64,000 nucleotides of DNA, taken from Planctomycetota bacterium. Its GTDB lineage: Bacteria > Planctomycetota > Phycisphaerae > WQYP01. Under the pieces are notes generated by a model. It did no database searches and had not been told where the DNA came from. It worked only from the letters and a program-made list of their open reading frames with translations. Positions 23,867-33,152 of this stretch are shown piece after piece. Positions within the stretch are counted from its first letter, which is position 1, and every line of letters begins with the position of its first letter. Position numbers and translations under genes: made by a program. The stretch covers positions 621 through 64,620 of the forward strand of contig JAJZNX010000025.1 in the NCBI GenBank assembly GCA_021852275.1, given 5' to 3'.

Positions 23867-25774
23867 TCAGGCCCGTACAAATCCCTCGACGGCTTCGTAT
23901 TCAGCCAAGCCAAGGGTGTTGTAGATTTCGGCGGTAGCACGGTTGCGTGATTCGCTGCGTTGCCAGAATTCGCGTTGGTCAGTACCTGGAAACATGGCTT
24001 TATCTTTCTGCGATTGGTGGCGGAAAATAGCGTTGCGTTTGCGCATCAGTTCCTGTGGCGAAAGCGGAACGGCCATATCGATGCGTTCAGGTTCCCATTC
24101 CTGCCAGGCGCCACGGTATAGCCAAACCTCTGCGTGCTTAAACCAGTTTTGAGACTTTACCTGCTCGATGGCCTGCATGATAGCGGCCAAACATACACGG
24201 TGTGTGCCATGGGGATCGGAGAGGTCTCCGGCGGCGTATATCTGGTGTGGCTGGAGCTTTTCCAAGATGTCCACAATAATTTTAATATCGGCGGGGCTTA
24301 AGCCTTTTTTGCGAATGGTGCCGGTTTCATAAAATGGCATATCAAGAAAATGCAGATTTTCCCGTTTAACGCCACAAACCTGTCCTGCGGAGCGGGCTTC
24401 TCCACGGCGGATCATAGCTTTGATCTGCTGCACTTGAGCAGAATCGATATGGCCAGGTTTCTTGGCTTCCAGACTTCGGCGAATATCTTGTTCCACTTGA
24501 GTCGCCTGGGCACCATAAAACTTGAATAAGTGCATAAAATCTACGGCAAAGTCGGTAAAGCGAATGGCATCGGCGTCAAAGACCGCAATGTTGCCGGAAG
24601 TTTGATAAGCCACATGGACATCATGTCCTTGATCGACCAGTCGAATGAGGGTACCGCCCATGGAAATGACATCATCATCGGGATGGGGTGAAAAAATCAG
24701 CACGCGCTTGGGGAATATGGCATCTGTAGGCCGGTTAATATCGCCGGGGCGTTTGCGATCCTGTGGTTTTCCGCCGGGCCAGCCGGTGATTGTTTCGGTG
24801 AGGCCACGAAATACCTCAATATTGAGCGTGTAGGCGTGGCCATGCTCGGCGAGTAAATCTTGCAGGCCACCGCTGTTGTAGTCCTCATCGGTGAGTTTGA
24901 GAATGGCTTTTTTAGATTGCTGGGCGAGCCAGATGACGGCCTTGCGAATTAAGGCCCTGTCCCACTTTACAGGTCCGACAAGCCAGGGAGCGACACAGCG
25001 CGTCAACCGGCTGGCAGCCGCCTCATCCAGCATAATTTGCGCATTGGGGTGCTCCTGCAAGAAGCTGGCCGCCACGGTATCGGTTACGGGTCCTTCGACA
25101 GCTTCGGCTACAATTTGGGCTTTACCTTCGCCGAAGGCCACAAGAACCACACGTCGAGCGGCCAGAATAGTACCAACGCCCATGGTAATGGCCCGCCGGG
25201 GAACGTACTCTTCGCCAAAAAAGTCGGATGCGGCATCCTGTCTGGTAACGCGATCCAGAGTGATTAACCGTGTTCGGCTGCTGCGTCCAGAGCCAGGTTC
25301 GTTGAAACCGATATGCCCGGTGCGGCCGATACCTAAAAGTTGCAGATCCAGGCCGCCGGCTTCAGCAATCGCCTTTTCGTAGGTTTCGCAATAGGTTGCC
25401 ACTTTTTCCAGTGGAATGGTGCCATCGGGAATATGCACCTGCGATGGTGGAATGTCGATGTGATCAAAAAGGTGTTCCTGCATGAAGCGACGGTAACTTT
25501 GCAGTTCGGTTGGCTGCATAGGGTAGTATTCATCGAGATTGAAGGTGAATACATTTTTGAAGCTCAAACCATCCTGTTGATGCATGCGCACCAATTCAGC
25601 GTACACCGACACCGGGGTGGAACCTGTAGCCAGGCCCAGCACACAGGGACGATTCTCACTGGAGCGTTGACGAATGAGGTCTGCAATTTCGCGGGCCACT
25701 GCGCAACTGACATCATGAGCGGAAGATAGAACTCTTGTTGGCACGTGTTCCCGCTGTTGAATACTGGACTGCAT
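23867..25774 (-). CDS. nagB: glucosamine-6-phosphate deaminase (NagB) fused to a C-terminal LmbE/PIG-L-type deacetylase domain
   Basis: The N-terminal half (LGLATGSTP, FNLDEY, GIGRTGHIGFNEPG) is NagB. The C-terminal half (VLIFSPHPDDDVISMGGT...) is the PIG-L motif. The 64 extra N-terminal codons in the track (MLYQLSYG...) are antisense to tRNA-Lys. Confidence 0.85.
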   Translation of the reverse strand: MQSSIQQREHVPTRVLSSAHDVSCAVAREIADLIRQRSSENRPCVLGLATGSTPVSVYAELVRMHQQDGLSFKNVFTFNLDEYYPMQPTELQSYRRFMQEHLFDHIDIPPSQVHIPDGTIPLEKVATYCETYEKAIAEAGGLDLQLLGIGRTGHIGFNEPGSGRSSRTRLITLDRVTRQDAASDFFGEEYVPRRAITMGVGTILAARRVVLVAFGEGKAQIVAEAVEGPVTDTVAASFLQEHPNAQIMLDEAAASRLTRCVAPWLVGPVKWDRALIRKAVIWLAQQSKKAILKLTDEDYNSGGLQDLLAEHGHAYTLNIEVFRGLTETITGWPGGKPQDRKRPGDINRPTDAIFPKRVLIFSPHPDDDVISMGGTLIRLVDQGHDVHVAYQTSGNIAVFDADAIRFTDFAVDFMHLFKFYGAQATQVEQDIRRSLEAKKPGHIDSAQVQQIKAMIRRGEARSAGQVCGVKRENLHFLDMPFYETGTIRKKGLSPADIKIIVDILEKLQPHQIYAAGDLSDPHGTHRVCLAAIMQAIEQVKSQNWFKHAEVWLYRGAWQEWEPERIDMAVPLSPQELMRKRNAIFRHQSQKDKAMFPGTDQREFWQRSESRNRATAEIYNTLGLAEYEAVEGFVRA

Positions 25775-25939
25775 TGTTTTCTCCGATGACCCGCCCATTT
25801 GCAGTTTTTTACCGCCAGCCACATCATTCGTCAATGGCCCGGCCAGCGTGGACCTGCCGATTTCCATCCCAAGGCCCTGCCGCTTGCCAAATTGGCCAAC
25901 GGCCTTAGAATGATTGAAATTCCCTCTCCCAAGGGCAAT

Positions 25940-26012
25940 GAGGCCGTAGCTCAGCTGGTAGAGCAACAGACTTTTAATCTGTGGGTCCTGGGTTCGATCC
26001 CCAGCGGCCTCA
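25940..26012 (+). tRNA. tRNA-Lys (anticodon TTT)
   Basis: 73 nt. Acceptor GAGGCCG/CGGCCTC, anticodon loop CTTTTAA, T-loop TTCGATC. Confidence 0.9.
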
Positions 26013-26111
26013 TTAACCCCCCGGGGCTGTCCAGGCCGGTTTGGCGGGCAAGATAGCTGGAATCGGCGGGGGTTTCCCGTGTGACAGCGCGTTGAGTAAA
26101 ATACCTTTGTT

Positions 26112-27101
26112 ATGAGAAAGCATTATCCGCTTCTGGATTTAAGCACGTACATTGCTGCCCGCTGGGCCGCGATGATGCTCGGTTTTTTCCCGTTAAACGC
26201 CAACCTGCTTACAGCCAAGGCTTTTGGATCGTTGCTCTGGACCATGGATCGGCGACACCGGAATATGGCCATTGATCATATTGGTCGCAGCTTTCCAAAT
26301 TTTTCCCAGCAACAGGCGCAGCAGATCGCCCTGCGTTCGATGCAGCATTTTTGCCAGCTCGGGATTGATGTTATGTTTACTACCCGCACCATCAACGTGC
26401 AGCGGTGGCATCAATTCGTGCATTTCCAGGAAAACCTGCGTGAGACCATCCGGATCACGATGGAAAATCGCGGAGCTATCATGCTTACGGGCCATTACGG
26501 CAACTGGGAAGTGCTGGGCTACACCATGGCCACGCTGGGGCTGCGCAGTTATTCGGTGGCCCGCCCCATCGATAACCCGCACGTCGATACCTGGCTGCTG
26601 GGAGTGCGTCAGCGCAAGGGACAAATTATTCTTTCCAAGCGCGGCGTTACCACCACGGCCGAGGAGGTGCTGGAAAACAAGGGAATTCTGGGTTTTATTG
26701 CGGATCAAAACGCCGGACCGAAAGGAATGTTTGTGCCATTTTTTGGTCGCCTGGCCAGCACGTATAAAAGCATCGGTCTTTTGGCGATTCGCCATCGAGT
26801 TCCGGTGATTGTGGGCTGTGCCCGGCGGCGCGGCGACCGTTTTGAGTTTGATATTGATATTGCAGATATTATACGGCCAGAAGACTGGCATCATCAGGCT
26901 GATGAGCTTCGCTACATTACCGAGCGTTACACGATGGGCATAGAAAAAATGGTAAGGCAAGATCCGACCCAATACCTGTGGATTCATCGGAGGTGGAAAA
27001 CGCGCCCCAAAGGGGAAACCCAGACTGATGGACCGGCGCAACCGACAGAACGCGAAGCTTTTATTATGCCAAACTCGCCGGCGGTGGGTCCACCACCATA
27101 A
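26112..27101 (+). CDS. lysophospholipid / lipid A lauroyl-type acyltransferase (LpxL/HtrB family)
   Basis: 329 aa. An N-terminal TM segment, the HX4-type motif TGHYGNWE, and FIADQNAGPKGMFVPFFG, typical of the family. Confidence 0.75.
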   Translation: MRKHYPLLDLSTYIAARWAAMMLGFFPLNANLLTAKAFGSLLWTMDRRHRNMAIDHIGRSFPNFSQQQAQQIALRSMQHFCQLGIDVMFTTRTINVQRWHQFVHFQENLRETIRITMENRGAIMLTGHYGNWEVLGYTMATLGLRSYSVARPIDNPHVDTWLLGVRQRKGQIILSKRGVTTTAEEVLENKGILGFIADQNAGPKGMFVPFFGRLASTYKSIGLLAIRHRVPVIVGCARRRGDRFEFDIDIADIIRPEDWHHQADELRYITERYTMGIEKMVRQDPTQYLWIHRRWKTRPKGETQTDGPAQPTEREAFIMPNSPAVGPPP

Positions 27102-27792
27102 CCGACAGAAACTTCGGCCCATGCACACCCGTGACCAGGTTCATTTCAATATCGGAGGTTTTGCTGGGGCCATTGATAATCACCACATTCGAGGGCATGT
27201 TGCCGCCGGTATCACGGGCCAGCAACGCCATGGCATCCACCAGATCGCCGATGATTTTATCGACCGGCAATATCACCACGTGCAAATTTACCGTAAGCGT
27301 GGAAGACCGTCCAAATTCGGAATCGCTCCATACCATCAGCGAGCCGGTATCGGCCAGGCCATAACGACAATCAGTAACAGCGGCATCACATTCAAAGACC
27401 TTTTGCGTACAGTCTGTATCCGTCCAGCAGTGAACCTGCACACCGGCAGCACTTAAAGACTTCGCCAATGGTTCCACCGGCCAGGTCGCACAATTCAGCA
27501 TAACGCGGCGGGCGTTGTGCTCGGCGAGTGCTTTTTGGATGGCTGCCGGGACCTCATCAGGTCTTACCCGCTGTACACTCATCCCATTACCGGAGGCATA
27601 CTGCATCCACCGGGTAATTCGCTTCGGATCATTGGTTGATACCTCGCGGATGACCGCATCGGAACGTACCGGACGGTCCCCGGGCACTGTCGTTTCGGCA
27701 TGGCCCAAAGCCTGTCGCACCCTGGATAAAAATTGCGTTCGCATATCAGGGGGTTGAATGGGCGGCAGCGGATTCACAGGCAGATCACTCAT
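27064..27792 (-). CDS. lutC: lactate utilization protein C (LUD domain)
   Basis: The ATG at 27792 overlaps the lutB stop (ATGA). LUD-domain-sized, last gene of lutABC. The extra 18 codons in the track lack support. Confidence 0.7.
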   Translation of the reverse strand: MSDLPVNPLPPIQPPDMRTQFLSRVRQALGHAETTVPGDRPVRSDAVIREVSTNDPKRITRWMQYASGNGMSVQRVRPDEVPAAIQKALAEHNARRVMLNCATWPVEPLAKSLSAAGVQVHCWTDTDCTQKVFECDAAVTDCRYGLADTGSLMVWSDSEFGRSSTLTVNLHVVILPVDKIIGDLVDAMALLARDTGGNMPSNVVIINGPSKTSDIEMNLVTGVHGPKFLSVMVVDPPPASLA

Positions 27793-29279
27793 GGCGTTGC
27801 CCCCCTTCCATGGGTTGCCTGTTTGGCCGCCTGATGCTCTTTCCAAAGGTATCGAAAATCATGTCTGGGCGGGCGAGGAAAATCGCGCACGCGCGTCCAT
27901 CCAGCAACAGGGCCCGGGAGTTTGGCGATCCACTGATCTTTGGCCGGAAATCTCCGCAGGACCAGTCGCTGCACAACCTGGCCCCATCGATACGACCATC
28001 GGTGCCGGAGTCCCCACGTCCATAAGTCAAAAATCCATCGTTCCGCACGGGAAGTGATGCCCGTACGCACCTGATCGCGGCGCATCAGAATCAACATTTC
28101 CGGAATGTTTATTTTCACAGGGCACGCTTCGTAGCAGGCCCCGCACAGGCTAGACGCGTGGGGCAAATGTTTGTGTTTCGCCAGGCCATTGAAGAGCGGG
28201 GTTATTAAGGCTCCAATAGGGCCGGGATAGATACTGCCATAGGTATGCCCCCCCACTTTGCGATAAATCGGGCAGGCATTTAAACAAGCTCCGCATCGAA
28301 TGCATCGGAGGGTATCACGATAGTCACCGGCGAGGATCCGCGAGCGTCCATTGTCCATGATAATCAGATGGAACTCTTCGGGTCCGTCATGTTCGTCCGG
28401 ACGTTTGGGGCCGGTGATGATGTTGGTATATTGCGTAAGTGTCTGGCCGGAGGCGCTCCGAGCCAGCAGCTTTAAAAAAACGGGAAGATCTTCCATGGCG
28501 GGAATGACCTTCTCCATACCCATAATGGCCACGTGGATGCGTGGGCGCGTGGTGCACATCCGGCCATTGCCTTCATTGGTACAAAGACACACGGAGCCAG
28601 TTTCCGCGATGGCAAAATTAACCCCACTGATACCCATATCCGCTTCGTTAAATCGGTTGCGCAAATAAACCCGGGCCATCTCCGCGAGGGTTGGTGGATC
28701 GTCGGTGTAAGGAACTTTGAAGTGGGCTGCAAACACTTTCCCAATCTCCATGGCCCGCATGTGAATGACCGGCATCACCAGATGGGACGGGTGACTCTGG
28801 TCCACCTGCAGAATGAATTCTCCCAAATCGGTTTCAACCACTTCCAGACCGGCCGCTTCCAGCGCATGATTCAACTCCATCTCTTCGCTGACCATGCTTT
28901 TACTTTTGACAATCAAATGGCTACTGGTGCGGCGGGCGATGGCAATCACTAAATCATTTGCCTGCTGACTGTCGGCGGCAAAATGCACCTGACCGCCATG
29001 GGCGACCACATTTTTTTCCAGCAGTTCCAGATAATAATCAAGGTGATCGAGGGTGTGGCGTTTGATGTTGCCGGCCAATGCCCGCAACGCATCGGCGTCA
29101 GGCAAAGCGGCCAGCATGGTTCGCCGGCTGTAATCCTTTTTAGTTACTGAATTGTCGAGCGCTGTGTGCAGGGATTCATTGGCGGATTGGGCGGAGGCGC
29201 TGGCCATGAAATCCGGCACAAACACCGGCAGAGCCAGACGCGGCGGCGCAACTTTTTTGTGCGGTTCAGCGACGGGCAT
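27789..29279 (-). CDS. lutB: lactate utilization protein B (LUD domain plus 4Fe-4S dicluster)
   Basis: ATG at 29279 with AGGAGG upstream. The ferredoxin motifs CIRCGACLNACP and CGACYEACP follow a LUD domain. Confidence 0.85.
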   Translation of the reverse strand: MPVAEPHKKVAPPRLALPVFVPDFMASASAQSANESLHTALDNSVTKKDYSRRTMLAALPDADALRALAGNIKRHTLDHLDYYLELLEKNVVAHGGQVHFAADSQQANDLVIAIARRTSSHLIVKSKSMVSEEMELNHALEAAGLEVVETDLGEFILQVDQSHPSHLVMPVIHMRAMEIGKVFAAHFKVPYTDDPPTLAEMARVYLRNRFNEADMGISGVNFAIAETGSVCLCTNEGNGRMCTTRPRIHVAIMGMEKVIPAMEDLPVFLKLLARSASGQTLTQYTNIITGPKRPDEHDGPEEFHLIIMDNGRSRILAGDYRDTLRCIRCGACLNACPIYRKVGGHTYGSIYPGPIGALITPLFNGLAKHKHLPHASSLCGACYEACPVKINIPEMLILMRRDQVRTGITSRAERWIFDLWTWGLRHRWSYRWGQVVQRLVLRRFPAKDQWIAKLPGPVAGWTRVRDFPRPPRHDFRYLWKEHQAAKQATHGRGATP

Positions 29280-30021
29280 TGTCTTTACCTCCTTCCAACG
29301 CAGTGGCGATGATCTCCGCGGCATGCCGTACGGCAAAGGTACTGCCATAGCGATGGCCCGCGCCTCCAATATTCATGGCACAACCGCCGTCATTGACAAT
29401 CATCACCTGTGCCCGGGTGCGATTGCCGCATTGCACCTTATCCCGCACAATGGCCCCGCTGATGTCCGGATATTTTGTAGCGAAGGTGCCGCCGAAGCCG
29501 CAGCATTGTTCAGCTTTTTCGAGCGGCACGAAGCGGCAATTGCCGATTTGCCGCAGCAGGCCGATGCAGGGGTCACCCGTCATCTCCAACCCACGCAGGT
29601 GGCAGGTGTAGTGATAGGTGAAATCAACAGGTTCAGGCAGGCGATAGGGGGTAAGATCGACTTTGAGTATTTTGGTGAGAAATTCAATAAATTCATAAGT
29701 TCGGCCGACAAATTCCAACGCTTCCGGCTGGTGGACCTCGTCGTCGGCAAAGAGGTGGGGATAATGGTCGCGGATCATGGCACAGCAGGAGCCTGATGGC
29801 GTAACAATGTAGTCCGCTTTTTTAAAAACCTCGATCATGCGTTGCGCAAGTGTGCGGGCATGTTCCGGGTAGCCATTGTTAAAAGCCGGTTGGCCGCAGC
29901 AGGTTTGATCTGCGGGAAAATCTACCTGACAACCAAAATGTTCCAGAGTCTTAACTACCGCCATGCCAACAGTTGGCGCATAAAGATCCGTAAGACACGT
30001 GATAAAAAGACTGACTTTCAT
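29266..30021 (-). CDS. lutA: lactate utilization protein A ((Fe-S) oxidoreductase, CCG domains)
   Basis: The ATG at 30021 overlaps the hslV stop (ATGA). [14 protein letters not shown]...[10 protein letters not shown] and CCGFGG are CCG-domain motifs. Confidence 0.85.
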   Translation of the reverse strand: MKVSLFITCLTDLYAPTVGMAVVKTLEHFGCQVDFPADQTCCGQPAFNNGYPEHARTLAQRMIEVFKKADYIVTPSGSCCAMIRDHYPHLFADDEVHQPEALEFVGRTYEFIEFLTKILKVDLTPYRLPEPVDFTYHYTCHLRGLEMTGDPCIGLLRQIGNCRFVPLEKAEQCCGFGGTFATKYPDISGAIVRDKVQCGNRTRAQVMIVNDGGCAMNIGGAGHRYGSTFAVRHAAEIIATALEGGKDNARR

Positions 30022-30560
30022 GGAAGCGTTTCCAAGGTGATGTGCGAGTTGGTATAAATACAAATCTGGCCGGCAATCAAGAGAGCTTCACGAGTAATTT
30101 CCTCTGCAGAAAGGCTGCTGTGTTTCAACAAGGCCCGGGCGGCCGCAATCGCATAAGGGCTGCCGCTGCCAATGCCGATAATGCCGTCATCAGGTTCAAT
30201 GACATCGCCAGTACCGGAAAGGAGCAGCGAGATGGATTTGTCAGCTACAGCCAACATGGCTTCCAGGCGACGCATGGCCCGGTCAGTCCGCCAATCTTTG
30301 GCCAGTTCTACTGCGGCTTTTTTAGTGTTGCCCTTGAATTCCCGCAGCTTTGCCTCAAAACGATCCAGCAGGGCTAAACCATCGGCGGCGCTGCCGGCGA
30401 AGCCAGCCAGAATCTGATTGTCAAAAAGCCGGCGGATTTTAACGGCATCCTGTTTCACTTTCGTATTGCCCAGCGTCACCTGCCCATCACCGCCCAATGC
30501 AACCATTCCATTGCGACGCACGGAAACAATTGTGGTTGAATGAATTTTTACCGATGCCAT
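30018..30560 (-). CDS. hslV: ATP-dependent protease subunit HslV
   Basis: [10 protein letters not shown]...GGDGQVTLG...KIRRL...[10 protein letters not shown] is the canonical HslV N-terminal region. Confidence 0.9.
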   Translation of the reverse strand: MASVKIHSTTIVSVRRNGMVALGGDGQVTLGNTKVKQDAVKIRRLFDNQILAGFAGSAADGLALLDRFEAKLREFKGNTKKAAVELAKDWRTDRAMRRLEAMLAVADKSISLLLSGTGDVIEPDDGIIGIGSGSPYAIAAARALLKHSSLSAEEITREALLIAGQICIYTNSHITLETLP

Positions 30561-30593
30561 ACTTTAAGATCCGATCACGCTTGAACCCGGCAA

Positions 30594-31370
30594 TTATTGT
30601 AACGTTCTTCCATCCGACGGACGAGCCGCTTCCGCACGAGCAGGCGCTGGGCCAAACAAGGCCGTACCGATGCGGACCATGGTGGCCCCCTCTTCGATGG
30701 CGACCTGATAATCGCCGCTCATGCCCATGGAAAGATGACAGAATTGCGGACCGGCAATTTTATGAAATCTGATTTCCTCAAATAGTTCCCGCAGGCGTGC
30801 AAACGCTGGACGTGAATCCTCTGGATTGGCTGTTTGTCGGGCCAAGGTCATCAAGCCCACCATGGAAAGGTTGGCCATGGTTTCAATTTGTTCCGCCAGA
30901 TGAATAGCGGCCGGCAGAGCAATGCCGTACTTGCTTTCTTCTCCGGTGGTGTTGACCTGTAACATCATCTGGGCGGGTTCCTCACGACGAGCGGCAAGTT
31001 CGTTAATTTCTTCGGCCAGCCGCAGAGAATCCACACTATGAATGTAGTCCGCCAAGGATAGAGTCTGCAAGACCTTGTTGCGTTGCAAGTGACCAATCAT
31101 GTGCCATGTCACGTTAGCCGGGCGCGGCCGACTGGGATTCACGGCGGTCTGCTGGCGCCAATTGTAAATTTGTTCCACATGAGCCTGCAATTGCTGGGTA
31201 CGGTTGTCGGCCAGATGAGTTTGGCCCGCTAGAATCAGTTCCTCTATCTGAGCCGGTAACGCATTTTTTACGACGGCCACCAGTTTAATTTCATCAGGAC
31301 TGCGTCGGACTCGCGCGGCTGCAGCGGCAATCTGTTCTTTCACAGCTTGCAGATTGGCGACTAAATTCAT
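30594..31370 (-). CDS. yggS: YggS-family pyridoxal-phosphate homeostasis protein
   Basis: 258 aa. The pattern LVAVVKN...HMIGHLQRNKV...LSMGMSGDYQVAIEEGATMVRIG is typical of YggS. Confidence 0.85.
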   Translation of the reverse strand: MNLVANLQAVKEQIAAAAARVRRSPDEIKLVAVVKNALPAQIEELILAGQTHLADNRTQQLQAHVEQIYNWRQQTAVNPSRPRPANVTWHMIGHLQRNKVLQTLSLADYIHSVDSLRLAEEINELAARREEPAQMMLQVNTTGEESKYGIALPAAIHLAEQIETMANLSMVGLMTLARQTANPEDSRPAFARLRELFEEIRFHKIAGPQFCHLSMGMSGDYQVAIEEGATMVRIGTALFGPAPARAEAARPSDGRTLQ

Positions 31371-31546
31371 AAAACTTGTCCTGCCCGGCGAAAACTCGAA
31401 CCTCCATGAATTATCTGCGCACCGGCGTTTCTGTAAAGAAGGCCCACACGGTGGAGCATGGCTAGCGGCTCAGGCGTGGCGTTGAAGTGATCGCTGGATG
31501 GTTGCCGATAAAAATTCTTTGTCGACTGCTCTGGGTCGACCACCTG

Positions 31547-31574
31547 TTGTATGCCAGCCAAAATGGTGTATAAT
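31547..31574 (+). promoter_or_regulatory. candidate sigma70 promoter for tRNA-Gly
   Basis: TTGTAT (31547-31552), a 16-nt spacer, then TATAAT (31569-31574), 16 nt upstream of the tRNA 5' end. Confidence 0.4.
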
Positions 31575-31590
31575 TTCGACCGATTCGTCT

Positions 31591-31662
31591 GCGGGCGTAG
31601 CTCAGTGGTAGAGCGTCACGTTGCCAACGTGAATGTCGAGGGTTCAAATCCCTTCGCCCGCT
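31591..31662 (+). tRNA. tRNA-Gly (anticodon GCC)
   Basis: 72 nt. Acceptor GCGGGCG/CGCCCGC, anticodon loop TTGCCAA, T-loop TTCAAAT. Confidence 0.9.
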
Positions 31663-32154
31663 TTGTTGGCCGAAAACAGGCCACTATCCTCCTTTGCCGC
31701 ACCACATGATATTATATCCTTACCGTACTTTCGTGGCGTTTGGCCGATTGGGAATCGTAGCAATGACCGATATCAAGGCAATCCCGGCATCTTATTACCC
31801 ATGACACCACCGGAATCGGCATTCGACGGCGAAAATATCCGGAAATTTACATCGACACTCAACTGGTCCGACATTTGCTTTACTCTTTTCTAGCGGTCGC
31901 AGAGATACCGCCTGAAAAATGCGGCAACCAACCCATAAACGAGTTGGATCGTATCAATATCAGTCGCAGTCGCTTGGGAAGGTGACGTCTGATGCACTCG
32001 ATGCGGATTGGTGCCGACCAGGTAAACAAGCTCGCGAGAGTACAGACCCACTATAAAAAAAGGAAGTTATTTTCTTGCATTGACCGATGAAAGACGTTAT
32101 GAATTTACATAGAGCACTGAACCGAGTCCTTTTTTTTTAGAAGGAGTGTTCGTT

Positions 32155-32295
32155 ATGGCCCATCGTCGAACCTCAGGCGCGAAGGTCCGTTCCCACAAGA
32201 TCGGTTTTAACAAAGCTCATTTTCAGCATCGTAAGCAGGCTCGCCTTGAAGCCAAGCGATTGCTGGTGGATGTGCCTCGGCTGATCGCCGAATAA
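32155..32295 (+). CDS. small basic protein (46 aa), below the ORF-track length cut-off
   Basis: AAGGAG at 32141-32146, 8 nt before the ATG at 32155. Product: MAHRRTSGAKVRSHKIGFNKAHFQHRKQARLEAKRLLVDVPRLIAE. Translated by hand. Confidence 0.4.
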   Translation: MAHRRTSGAKVRSHKIGFNKAHFQHRKQARLEAKRLLVDVPRLIAE

Positions 32296-32499
32296 CCTCG
32301 GTAATATGGGCCTTCTCAGACCATAGACTCCGTCTGGAACAATCGCGGCTTCGAAATCGTTGGAAGCTGAATTGTTCTTGACGAATGAATCATGTTTTGT
32401 AACCGCCCCCTTCACCATCAGACGGATCATCCGGATGACAGGTGCGGATTTTCTTCGAGTGCGGTTATAATCGGAGCGTTGAACTAAAAGGAAGTTGCA

Positions 32500-32979
32500 A
32501 TGCCCGATACCAATGCTACCCTCTCAGAAGGCCATCAGACGCGAAGCATGATCCTGGTGGTGGATGATAATCCCCAGAATGTGGAATTGATTCAAGCCTA
32601 TCTGGAAGGGTTAAATTGCGCCACGGATGTCGCCGCAGACGGTGTGGAGGCTTTAGAAAAAGTTGCCGCCGCCAGGCCCGATCTTATAATTTTGGACATT
32701 ATGATGCCACGGATGAGCGGGTTTGAGGTATGCCGGCGCATCAAGGCGGCAGCAGAAACGCGTGAAATTCCCATTTTGATGGTAACCGCCCTGAACGAAA
32801 TCGGCGATATTGAAAAAGGTGTTGAGAGCGGCACGGACGATTTTCTTTCCAAGCCAATCAATAAACTGGAGTTGGTTACACGCGTGAAAAGTCTGCTTCG
32901 GGTCAGACATTTACAGGGTAAGTTGGAACGCACCATGGCCTATCTGACAGAAATTGAATCCAGCGAAAGGCGATCCTGA
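32500..32979 (+). CDS. single-domain response regulator (CheY-like receiver)
   Basis: ILVVDDNPQN...DLIILDIMMPRMSGFEV...PILMVTA...DDFLSKP shows the receiver Asp pocket, the phospho-acceptor D and the conserved T and K. Confidence 0.85.
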   Translation: MPDTNATLSEGHQTRSMILVVDDNPQNVELIQAYLEGLNCATDVAADGVEALEKVAAARPDLIILDIMMPRMSGFEVCRRIKAAAETREIPILMVTALNEIGDIEKGVESGTDDFLSKPINKLELVTRVKSLLRVRHLQGKLERTMAYLTEIESSERRS

Positions 32980-33152
32980 ACAGAAAAATCGGAGGCTGCC
33001 CAAGTCGCGGTCATCAATGGCCGGTCAGTTGACGCGGTGGATTGACTCTGGCTATAAACGCCACCGTGGAATCAGGCGGACTTGGCCCCACAAGGCACAA
33101 ATACATGTGCTGCGAATGTCGGCGGCGTGGCGATACCAAACTGGAAGGTTAA

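Noticed and set aside
25775-25966. N-terminal 64-codon extension of the nagB ORF, beginning MLYQLSYGL.
   Set aside because: MLYQLSYG is the classic antisense translation of a tRNA, here tRNA-Lys at 25940-26012. The NagB homology starts near the ATG at 25774.
26193-27128. 311-aa minus-strand ORF.
   Set aside because: It is antisense to the LpxL-like acyltransferase gene and has no motifs.
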